A stretch of DNA of 64,000 nt. It comes from Klebsormidium nitens (Eukaryota; Plantae; Klebsormidiophyceae). The notes beneath the pieces are model-generated. The model did not search any database and had not been told where the DNA came from. It saw only the letters and a program-made list of their open reading frames with translations. This document shows positions 48,601 to 59,500 of the stretch, piece by piece. Positions within the stretch are counted from its first letter, which is position 1. Each line of letters opens with the position of its first letter. The stretch lies in contig DF236950.1 of assembly GCA_000708835.1 (NCBI GenBank), forward strand, positions 36,075 to 100,074, given 5' to 3'. Position numbers and translations under genes: made by a program.

Positions 48601-48850
48601 GTTTGCAAACACGACCACACGCACTCTGTCAATGCCTTCAAGGGCCTCGTTGCCCAGCAAAGGCTTTCCTTCGGTTTCCGAGCGAATATTAAACCTCATG
48701 ATCCGTGATATGCACCGCAGTGTGTTGATGATGCTGGCGCCCAAGCGGGTGGACCCGCACGAGGCAGAAACCGCGGGGACCATCATGGTGCTGTTCCTGG
48801 TGACAGGCCTGGCGGCGGGGGCAATCTCGGGCTGGCTCTGGCTGCTTTAA
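42689..48850 (+). CDS. ENT1: Equilibrative nucleoside transporter, ENT1-like, copy B; 12 coding exons
   Basis: Exons 42689-42811, 43264-43379, 43731-43860, 44173-44287, 45015-45124, 45457-45642, 46148-46241, 46544-46739, 47292-47372, 47636-47716, 48305-48438, 48721-48850. Motifs KPPDDKYNVAYIIFFAMGAGFLFPWNSFITAADYF, VQGSLFGVAGELP, VTLSIFPGF, GVTNGYFTSVLMMLAPK, WLWLL*. Start codon uncertain. Confidence 0.93.
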
Positions 48851-50677
48851 TAGCCCCCCCCGAACAAGTGATTCAACAAAGGGTAACCATTTGACTTCCT
48901 CATTTGTCAGTACACCGTTAGACTCAATCGCTCGGCAGTGTATAGTAGGTAGGATAGGTCAGACGGACAGGCGGAGGCGTTCCTCCGAGGACTGTAATTG
49001 ACGAGGATTGGAGCGAAGATGTGTTCGCCTTCGAAAAGATCAGCGCTTTTGCTTTAAATGAATGAAGCAGCCCACAGGTTAGCAACGGAAGCCGCCCCGT
49101 TTCCGTGAGTCGATCAATGTTCGACCAATCAAGCAACAAGGCCCCAGCTCACCATTCAGACAGCAGAAAGGTCATGCGGACATTGAGAATTTGATTGGAC
49201 TCGCCACGAATTGGAAATGTTTAAACTAGTGAGAATTGGCTACGGTACCAGTCTTGCAGCAAATCTCCTGCCACCTCGTGGTGCCATGGCGCGTGCTGTG
49301 AAGAAGTGCGACACTAGAATGTTGACATCTAACCGTTTCAAATTGAAGTGGGTCACTCGTATACAAGGCGCCTAACGCTTGCGATGAGTGAATGTTTCGG
49401 CAATGAATCGCAAATTGTCCGGTACCGCGCTCTGTGTACAGTTGCACGCCAGTCTGATGCATGCCTATGATAGAGTAACATCATGCATGCGACTGATCGA
49501 GTCATGCAACGCCGGATATATCGCGGATTGCTCATTCTCGCACATGGTTACGTTGCAGCTAGTGACCGCCGTCATCTATATAAGACCATACTAGTGTACG
49601 TGATATTGCGATTGGGACGTACTACATACCTACATATTACTGGTTGGTAATCATTTATTGGATCTGTCGTGCCTGGCATGAGCTAGATAATCATTTGTTT
49701 ATGCATGCAATAGCCTTAACAAGCTAGCTATCATGCAACCGTTCTAGCTAGCTCGATCCGACCGGCTGCTTCTTAAGTATTTCGATCAAACATTTGCAAG
49801 TTGACAATGGCAAAAGTGAAATCCGTCATGCATGTATAGCATGGCATGCACCGAGGATGCAGATTACTAACTCATGATCTCTATGATATAACATATAGCG
49901 AGTCTAGCTAGGAGGCCTCGGGCAGCCAGCGTCCAGTGACGCGCACGCGACCACCGGCCTGGCATGTTCAATACCTGGCAGAATTCTGTCAGTGTCAGCC
50001 CGGCGGGCCACAGAATAGTCGATCTGGCAGGCTACATCCAGGCCACATGTGCCGCGCCAGTACGTCGTCTCAAAACGAAGATTTTGCACACATGCCAGGA
50101 GGGCCAAGCACCAAAATTATCCTGTTCATGTGCCGGAACACCGCAACCACAACTTAATGGTGTTGCATACTGTGCTGGCTGCTGTCCAAGGTCGTTACGA
50201 TTTGCGAACGCTTATGCGACGTCGTGAGTCTCTCTACTCCCCCTCCGTTCAGTCTACTCTGCAGCTACTTCAATGTACGCTCCTGTCTTGCTATGGTTCG
50301 CCGCCGTGCCTGCTATGATTGATCGAAAATTCTCGTTGTAGCTACTTCAATTGCACTAAAACGGAATAAGGAACTACTGAACTACCTGCGCTGACAATCA
50401 ATCTCGCTCCAACCAACTTGGTCGAACCAACTTGGTCTTTAAAAGCAGGGCTTGCCGCTGGGGCGCGCTTTTAAGAACCTCAAATCACCGTTTTGACTCC
50501 AAATAATAGCAGTGCCGTTTATAGCAATCCACCAAATCCATACCTTCGTCTCAGATCGAAATATAAAGCGTTCAAACACAACCCGAGTACGCTCACGTCG
50601 GATGCTCCCAATATGGCAAACCCGCCTGGCTCTGGCTGGCCTTCAAGCGAGCGCTTATTTGCTGACGTGGTCACGCT

Positions 50678-53600
50678 CTACCACTTCAGCACCGCTGGGA
50701 AGTACTGCAGAATATAGGCGACAACGTCTTAGTTCAAACTGGTAGTGAGTCCCGCTGAGATAAGCCTAATTTTGAGAGCTTCGCACATTACCGAAAGCTT
50801 TCCTAAGCTCTAATCATTTTACAAAAGTCGTTCCGCTTCAAACTGAACGGAGCCGGAAGGCGGAAGACACGTGCGCTAGCAAGGTGGACTGACCAAAAGC
50901 GCAGATATCGACGACTCATGCAGCCTCAGAACCTCAGCGCGTTTTGCGCTTACCTTGTTGATGAGCCCCATGTAGTACGGCTTCAACTCCGCCACGTCAA
51001 CCCGGGTCTTGCTCTTACTGTACAAGTCGAACTTGCTGCAGGAGCAAACAAGATATGGACACGTGTCAGGCGTGGCACAATTGTACCCTCCAAGCAAATG
51101 AAAGAGTTCAATGCACAATACAATACTGCTATTTGTGCCAATGAAACCACGTAAGGCCCACTTGTGTCATATTTTCTCGTATTTGAGCCGACTCAGACTC
51201 GCGATGGTCACTTGGAAGCATGGAAAGCATGGAGGCTCGCAGGTTGTTGACGACATCGACTGGCACGATTGAAATGCACTGCGGTCAAGCCAGGACGTAC
51301 TGAATGCTGCATGCGCTGCCGAGGATGGGGGGGTCGATCTGAATTGAAAGAGCTCGTTCAGACATATCTGATCTGTCGAATAATTCAAGGTTCAGATGTG
51401 AGATGCAGGTTCGCGGGTCACTCACTTGAACCGTTTGAGCCACGTCAGCATTTCGCGGTCGTGGTCGTTGAGGAGGTGCTGGTACGCGTTCTCGCGATGG
51501 AGGGCTGCCAACAAGGAACGCAACTCAATGCGTCAGCATAAGGGAACAACCCAACATGGTCAACGGCAGCTGCTGTATAGGAACTTGTGAGAGCTCCAGC
51601 AACAGTATGGGCGTGCCAAAACGGCGATGCGAACATCTACCAGAAGAACATGAACTTGCGAACGGACTTGAACGGGTTGACGGGAAGTTAGAAGCAGAAT
51701 CAAAGTCATGAAGCAAAGAGAACCGATGTAAATTTCAGAACCAGAATCCAAAGCTGTCAAGCCTTATTAAGAAATTGTGTTCATCACTACGAGCTCCGTT
51801 CAAAGTTGGTGATTGAGACAAGACGTCAACACATTTGAGGTCCGCCATCAGAATGTCACTCCACCGTGGAGCAAAAACGGAGCCTGCCTCACCATAGAAG
51901 GAATGGTAGCGGATGATGAAGAAGGCCTGGGGCGGCAGCGTGCAGCCGTTCAGCTTCATCACCTGGGGAACAACGCCACCGCAGTCAGTGACATTCTCTC
52001 ACATGACCGTTGCTTGTTTGCACCTACTGTGTTCTGCACCGTTTTGATGAAGGAGATGCTAACAAAGCGCCAGATTTCTACTGCGGCTCAAACGGCCAAT
52101 GCTAACTCAGCCCGACAGCCCACGTTGTCAATTGGGAGCTCGAAAATGCTTGAAGCTGTGCTCGCTTCATCGAAATCATCCCGGAGCTCGAAGACATGCA
52201 GAGGATTTCTCAACATTGGAAGTGTTTCGGAAGTTCGGCATCGAGGTCTAGAGAGACTTCGAAGCTGCCGGGTATGACACTCAGCAATCAATTCGCTACT
52301 TCCCTGCGAAACACCAACAAAACCGGGCCAGCTTACCCGGTCGTCGAGCCAACTGAACAACATGAAGTCAGATCGAGCAGCTGCCAAGCCCTCGAAGCAA
52401 CAGAAGCAAACGTAGCACAGGTATCTGACAAGCCTCGTGAGCAGAGCTGTGCAGACTCCCTCGCCCGCGCCTCACCTGGTACATGTACTCGTCGTGCCCC
52501 CACGACATGTGCACCTTGTCCAGCCCACACCCCGGCTCGTACAGCCCCGCCTCGCTGCTCATTCGCTCGTCCTGGCTGTCCGGGTTGTCCGCAAAGAAGT
52601 GACTGTGCACGATGCACGGCGCGTGCTTGCAGCCGACGGGGAAGGTATCGCCGACCACGGCCCACTGCGGCTCGTTCCCGTAGCGCGGGTGCGACAGGAT
52701 CTTGCCCAGGTCGTGGATCAGGCCAACCAGGTGGAACCACTCGTCGTCCGGAAACTCCCTGCACACCGGATCAGGACCCGGCTCTGATTAGATAGCTATT
52801 GTTGACGGCATAGATTTGATGAGGAGAAGGGCTTCTCCTGCTCAGTCTGTGAAGATGTTTGGATCGCAGGGCTCTCAGAGATTGAGGGCTGGGAGACCTT
52901 TGCAATCGTCCGACGCATCAGCGTCTATCTTTCCCGTAGAAGGGAAGGGTGCCTGCTTGATGTCTGATCATAGGGTCAGGTTAGCTCGTTTCTGCAAGTC
53001 CAAGCTGAACGTCCAGATCGAAAAAGTCACACATGCGTACGGCCCCTGTTGTCACACGGCTCAGGCTGGACCGACCGTAGTAGGGGAGAGGTCTCTAACG
53101 TGCTGGAAGTGGGTACTGCTTATCCAAACGGAGACTTCTTTTCACAGAAGTCCCTGGGACATACCATGCAATTGTGCTTCAGTTCTAGCCGCCAATAGAA
53201 TTTGACTCAGCCAGTAAAACAACGCAATCGCAAAATGAGGTGCGCACCTCCTGATGGCCTCAGCGGTCTGCAGCAGGTGCTCAATCTGTGGCTCGTCCAG
53301 GTCCGGGTCGCTCTCATCCACCATGCCATTTAGCAGTTCACAGGCGTCCCATACAGTCATGCTGCCGTTCTGCAGCTTGGTGTACTTCTCTTCCTGCCGC
53401 AACACCTGCAGCCGGCGTACTTGCCCAGTCAGGCAAGGGGATGCCACAGTGCTGAAAATGGCTTGACTCCACTCTTACTACAATCTTTCAGAGCAGAGGG
53501 TCCAAGTGCCGCATTAGGATCGTTGGATTCGTTGATGGTGGGTATTCAAGCATGCTGCAGACAGACCAAGACAGAGATGGAGCATCCTAATAAAAGGATT

Positions 53601-54653
53601 TTCAAGCATGCTGCCCACAGACCAAGACAGAGATGGAGCATCATGTTAAAAGTAGAAGACGGGGTCATCAACTCTGCTGGTGATGTGTGCTTCAAAGCAG
53701 CATTTGAGAAGGGTAATTGTCTCTTACAAAGTCATACGTCTGGTTGACATGGTTCAATCGGTAGGTCTCCATCACCGTGTTGTAACGTACGTTGTGAGCA
53801 TTATAATCCCTGTGCAAAAGAAAGCTGATTTCAGTACCTGCTGCATGGACCTTTGTTTTGAACCTTCTCATGTGAGACTATCACCAGATGATTAGATGGT
53901 CGATCATCCACTTGAAACTCATGATCAGCAGTGGGAGAACCCCAAGGTGCTGCCTCCACAAGAACAGTATGAAAGCATCTTCAATGTTGGTTCTGCGGGG
54001 GGTTGGATCATGGAGTTTTCCAAGACCATGCACGAGCAATAGTATTGTGCAGTCATTTGTCCTGTCTAGGGCAAACGAAGGGTTTCTTGCCAGAATGTAA
54101 CTCTTTGACCAGAAACAAGCAGGAACCCTTTGTCATTTGCTAGCACAGGGCTTAAGGCCTGTCTCAGTCCCTCTGAAGTGGAGCGCAAATGGCCATGCAC
54201 GATGATCCAAGAAGAAGGTACTATACTCCAGAAAGATCTGGCTTTCCTCAAGCTAAGACAATCATTGATCCGATGTGCAACCATGCCCCCAAGTACCATT
54301 TCCACCACCTCAGTAAGCACACTGTGCGGTGAACCAGTCACTTTGACCAGCATTCCATCTCAGGATGACGTATCAAGCCACTCTGCCAAGTGGCAAACCG
54401 GGGGCAAACCTTACCTGAAGGACTGGCCGAATGCATTGGTGTCAAACTTGAGCAGTGCATTTGCCAGGACTGGCTCTGCCAATTGAGCGAGACTGCAGCG
54501 TGCAGCCTCCTCTTGCAGCCTTTCAATCTCTTTCAACTCCGCCAATGACGGCCGAGGAGACCGCCTCAACTCATCTGCGCAGGATGTGCTTCCCCCTGGC
54601 GTGGAAGGGGACGGAGGAACCTCCAGCATGGGGACTAGCACGCCGACCGACAT
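50678..54653 (-). CDS. MIOX: myo-inositol oxygenase; 8 exons
   Basis: Exons 54653-54415, 53809-53728, 53405-53248, 52758-52476, 51962-51893, 51504-51426, 51035-50954, 50704-50678. Motifs TNAFGQSFR, LNHVNQTYDF, VDESDPDLDEPQIEHLLQTAEAIR, LIHDLGK, WAVVGDTFPVGC, SWGHDEY, IRYHSFY, FDLYSK, YFPAVLKW*; all di-iron ligands present. Confidence 0.96.
53545..53651. repeat. Intronic tandem duplication, period 56 bp, in MIOX
   Basis: ttcaagcatgctgc(ag/cc)acagaccaagacagagatggagcatc at 53545 and 53601. Confidence 0.9.
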
Positions 54654-56528
54654 CTTCAACCTCTGATCAGACTCCAAGCGGTGCAGAAAGTTCTGCGAGC
54701 AAGATGGAAGCGTGGCAGGACAATGTGGTTGGTATCTGGGCGTGCAATAGACAAGTAAGGTAAATGCCAATCAATTGGAGGGACTGGCTTCAAAGCGCTG
54801 CCCTGACTGCTGCCAGGCTTGAAGGGGAAGGGAGAATGCAGGAGGCGAGAGCCGCCCGAACCAGGCCCGCGAAGGGAAGCTAGCGTCCTACGATCAACTT
54901 TCTTTTGCTGAAACCAGCTGCTTGGCGCCAACGGTCCAAACGACCGTTTGAGGGGAGCGGAGCGCGATGACACACTGCGTTGATGCTTGAGCCTAGAACC
55001 CTAGAAATTGCGCGCACTCAGTGCATGATGATAGGTTTAAACTTTACTGACTCGAGGCATCGTTCCAACCTACCGTACCTACCGTACTTCACTCGAGATC
55101 AAGTGACTCAACACATGACTGTCTTGAAGAAAGGTTACGGTACTGTACACCCCTAACACTGTGCGCACAAAAGCTGGCCGTTGGATGTTGCCTGAGAGCT
55201 GCCATGGACGGTGCTAGGAGCTCGACGTAGGATCGTGTTGCTGACAATGCTGTGCTTCTGCCCACGTGGTCAGTGAATCTGGATCCGAAGAAATGCTCGC
55301 GCGCAACCGCCTTGTCGTGTAGCTTCGCAACTTGATGGCCGTGGGATGGGCTTTCATAGAAATCTGACTTTGATCGGATGGCAAACATCCAAGCGCTCCC
55401 CCAAAAAGTTTCATCGACGATCAGAAAAGCTTATGTAAAAGTCCTGGTTACCCTGGCCCTCGATCCAGGGGGTAAAGTTTAAACCACCATCATGGTTCAA
55501 TCATCGTCGGATATGGCGGTTTGCGCCCCGGGCTCCGAGCCAGGCAGTACAGATCTCGAGCAGGTCGTCGGAATCACCGGTGCAATGTGCATGCATTGAC
55601 TGTTTGCAACACGCACGTTGTTGCAACCGGCTGATAGCTTCCTGGCCCAGAAAGTTCTTCCCGATCAATAGAAACATGTACCGACCAGGTCCAGCCAGGT
55701 TGTAACTTTTGGATCGTCCGATGAACGAGAATCGGCGAATCGAAGAAGCCGGTATGCTGTCCCACTCCGCCCTTATTTCTCCCGGTGTCCATTGCGAGCA
55801 TGCCTTGCCCGGGTCTGTGCCATGACCGAGGACTACGGACCCGGGGGCCGGGGGCGTTTTCAACTCCACCGCATTTTCCGCGCCTCAAGTGCTAAATTTG
55901 GTCAAAAGGCTCCGATCACAGGTCTACCGCGGAGACTTGAAGTTGAGTCTGGCATCACTGCACTGTGTACATAGGTACCGCCGACCGGTACTACAGCCTA
56001 CGGGGCAAGCTGGCAACTTTCTTCCTCGGAAGGACGGAAAGTCCGGCCGTTTGCAGGCTGGCCGCTCCGGACCCAGCATGCAGCCCCATATCATGGGGCC
56101 CATGTTTAGGAACAATCCGCTCAGGCCCAGGGCCACGGTCCTACACCAAGTTGCGATCTGCCCCTCCGGAAAGGCCGGTAGGACTAGCTAGTAGCTACCC
56201 AAGCAGAAGCCTGACCGTTCTTGCGTTGCTGGCTGGCAATGCCCCGCCCTTGTCGCGCACATGCCTCGGATGAAGCATGCACTGCAGTGAATCTAGAAGG
56301 GGCAAGAGGGCAGCATTGTTGGAAGTCTTGAAGCGAGAGCCGACGAACTAAGTTGCCAACGGAGCCGCCATACTTCAAAGTTAGACATCGTAGTGCAGGA
56401 CAAGCGTATCTTCCATTCTTCCGCTCATTTGCAAAGGACCACTGGTGGACAACCGGGAGCAGCTGGATTGAGTACTGTGAGCGATCCGCGTCGACGCCAA
56501 AGAATGTCCAGCGCCGCCAGGGAATGCC

Positions 56529-59500
56529 ATGTCATGCAGCGGTCCCAATGCAACGTCGCAGGCGAGTCTTAGGGAGCCCGACTCCCCCCCCCGCGAGCAA
56601 GAAGTCAGATTCTGGAATAACAAACAGGAAGTGAAGCCACCGCCACTCAGCCCAATCAGCTGCAACAGCTCTCTCCATCACGCCCACACCACCGTTCGAA
56701 GGAGCCGGACGCAGGCAGAAAAGCAGGCGGCAGAGCAACGGGCTGCGGATCTTCCGCACTTGAAGAAGCTCAGCATTTCGGTTGCAAAGCTTTCGTCAAA
56801 GACCAAGGAGGTTGTCTCAGCAGACCCGGAGACCCCCCATTCAGCGAGTTCTCACCTCAGCGGTAGCTTTGTGAGTCTCACCCTCGGCAAGATGGCCACT
56901 CTCAAGCAGTCCTTGCAGGAGGGGGCCGAGCGCGTCCCGAGCCCAGCGCGCGACGACGCCCTTGACGCCGCAGTAGCAGCTCAGGAGAACCCCGGCAAGG
57001 TCCAGAAGCAAGTGATTGAGATCGAGCGTAAGGAGGGCAAGGAGGGGGGATTCCTGGGGAAGGTGTTCTCGCGCAAGCCGTCCCCTGCCCGGTTGACCAT
57101 CCCATCGGAGCCGGCAGCCAAGCTGCTGACCAGGAAAACCTCGCCCCCTTCCCCGGCTGGGTTCAGGTCCAATGGGCTCCCCCCAAAACGGGCACTCTCA
57201 CCCCAACCGTTCCGAGGAAAGACAGTAGAAGTGCTGAGGGAGGGGCGCTCGCAGTCTGCGTTCCAGCCCAGGGGGGCGGGAATGAGCCCGAGGAAGACAA
57301 GCAACGAGAGGGAGTCCGGGCGCAAGTTTGCGACGTCGCCGCAGAGGTGAGGGCGAGAAAGTCCTAGAAGTCACTGACGTATTTGCGTTTCTGGGAACGG
57401 GGCAGAAACGACTGCAACTGTCAGTTCATGTTGTGGGTTCTTTTGTGCTTTTGACTTTGGGTCCAGAGTTGAACCTACTTTGTAAAGAGTAGGTCTAATG
57501 GAAGAGGTGTGGGCGCTAGAGTGTAAGGTCTACGTTTTTGTGAGAGACCCGTAAACAGGCTTTCATTGCTTATTGAACCTGCTCGTTGGGCCTTGTATTG
57601 GTCTTCATTGTTTCCTTTGAAGAAACTTGCAAGAGGGAAGTGGTCCATTCTGCAAGTTTGACTGATTATGGGCAGCCGTGCACTACTGGACTTCCTGCAA
57701 AATGCTGTGGCCTTCAGTTAGCACCCTTTGTTGACTAGGCCCCGACTCTTGGAATTGGAGCAACTCCAAAAAATGTCTGCGGAGTCGAGATCTGGTCCCT
57801 GAATCTGCCCCCCACAAAAGAACAGTCCAGCTCGAACGCCCAATTTCAGTGGCAGACCCTGTCCTGTGCACTTGATACTGGTACTTCACGCCCAGGTCGT
57901 CAAAATGTTAACCATGTCAACACTCTCATAGTCTGGCCCCTGGATAATACCAGGGCTCTTGTACACAGCCAATACGTCACCGTCCATTCTCAAGCCCACA
58001 TTTTCGCTGCTTTGCTTCAGGGACTCCACCAGCCGCCACACGAAGGAGTGGGTCAATGCCCTCAAGCCCCCCGGGCTGCCTGCGGCCCACGAGTCGCGCA
58101 AAGACAGCGACGCCAAGGCCCTGCGGGATCGGCGGTCGCACGCTGTGGCCATGATGCAAAGTGCCCATTCACACCGGGAGGGGGCCGTTCTGCTGCAGTC
58201 GCCCACGGTCAGCTCCTCGGAGGATGACGACATGTGGGACGTCCAAGCTGAAGCAGACAGGCTCAGGTGGGGGATCCCCCAAAAGTACTTTCAGAATCTG
58301 GATAGAGCTTGACAGATTCCATGTTTGTCAAGTCCTCAATAAAGGCTTTCAATCTTGCCCAGCATTGTTGATTGCTGTTTTGCGTTTCTTTTCTTAGCAA
58401 TGGTATCCCTATGGTTTGCATCTCAAGTGGTTTCTATGAGGCTGCAGCGCGAATGCAGAGAGCCCTACCCGTGGAGGCTTGGCATGATTAACAGGCTTTT
58501 GAGTTAACATGTTGGTACTGCTTCCTGCATGTGCAGTCTCAATAACCGCTCAAATCCATGTCAATAACAGCCAGTCATGGATATGTCTCCGCTTCCCTGA
58601 AAGGCATTTCTAATGCATGCTCCGAAGCCTCACTTTCAGCCCATGCGCTGATCCCTGTCCCTCTTGTTTCCTCTCCTGCAGCAGTGATTCTGCTGAGGGC
58701 TCTGAGAGCGATCACCTGAAGCTCGACCGCTCCGAGCTGCTGCGCCGCTCCGCCAGCGAGCAGTCCCACACCTCCCGCGCCGACATCCAGAGCGCCGAGT
58801 TTGCGCGGCTGGTGCAGCGGCAAAAGTCGTTTGAGGAGAGCGCGCAAAGGCCGCGGCCGGTGGAGAGGCGGGCAGGATCCGTGGTGGACGGACGGACGGA
58901 GACGTTGTTCTCGCGAGAGTCGCACTCGTTCTCCATGGCGCAGTGGAAAAAGGAGATGGGTCCGGGACTGGGGGCGCACACTATGGGGCACAGCGGCAGC
59001 TTTGGCACGGGCAAGGCTGCGGCAGGGCTCTCAGCAGACGCACTTCGGAACAGGTGGGCTGAATGTGCTACTTGGTCTTCCCTGGGGTCAGAATGTCTGA
59101 GAGTGTTCTCATTTCGAGCTGATGGAAAGGAGAAGCTCGACATCCCTCTAGTCCGCAAATCAGGGAATCGAATCGATGTGTTACAAGTGAGGAGTTGCGA
59201 GAGTCTCTTTGCGCTCAGACATTCTTCTTGAGTAGTGCTCATTGCCAATGTGGGCATCCTCCAGCACTGAAACGAAACCCGTAAAAGGGTCCTTGCTCCT
59301 AGCAACTGAAATTTGCTGACCGCTCGTCATTGCGAAATTCAGGCAAGGTGACAGCCCGAACAACGCTAGCTTCGGGTTTGCGTTCGACAACGCGCAGTTC
59401 AGTGACCGCGTGCTGGTCCTTGAAATCTCGGCTGACGTCAGCCACGAGCTTGACGGGAACAGCATTGGTAAGCATTCCCTTCTCGCCACTAAAGCTGTCA

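Noticed and set aside
54656-54973. 105 aa upstream ORF ending 2 nt before the MIOX ATG
   Set aside because: It starts at GTG, contains no ATG that I could find and has no recognisable content; most likely 5' UTR.
55025-55050. C-box (ATGATGA) and D-box (CTGA) snoRNA-like pair
   Set aside because: Only about 26 nt span with no terminal stem; too short for a C/D snoRNA.
55089-55869. HSVRG resembling a tyrosine-recombinase H-x-x-R motif (DIRS/Crypton) in short minus-strand ORFs
   Set aside because: No other catalytic motifs (R box, Tyr) and no RT or RNase H nearby; a 4-residue match is expected by chance.
58679-58684. NAGNAG tandem acceptor (CAGCAG) in the BTB gene
   Set aside because: A common feature that changes one Ser in a disordered region.
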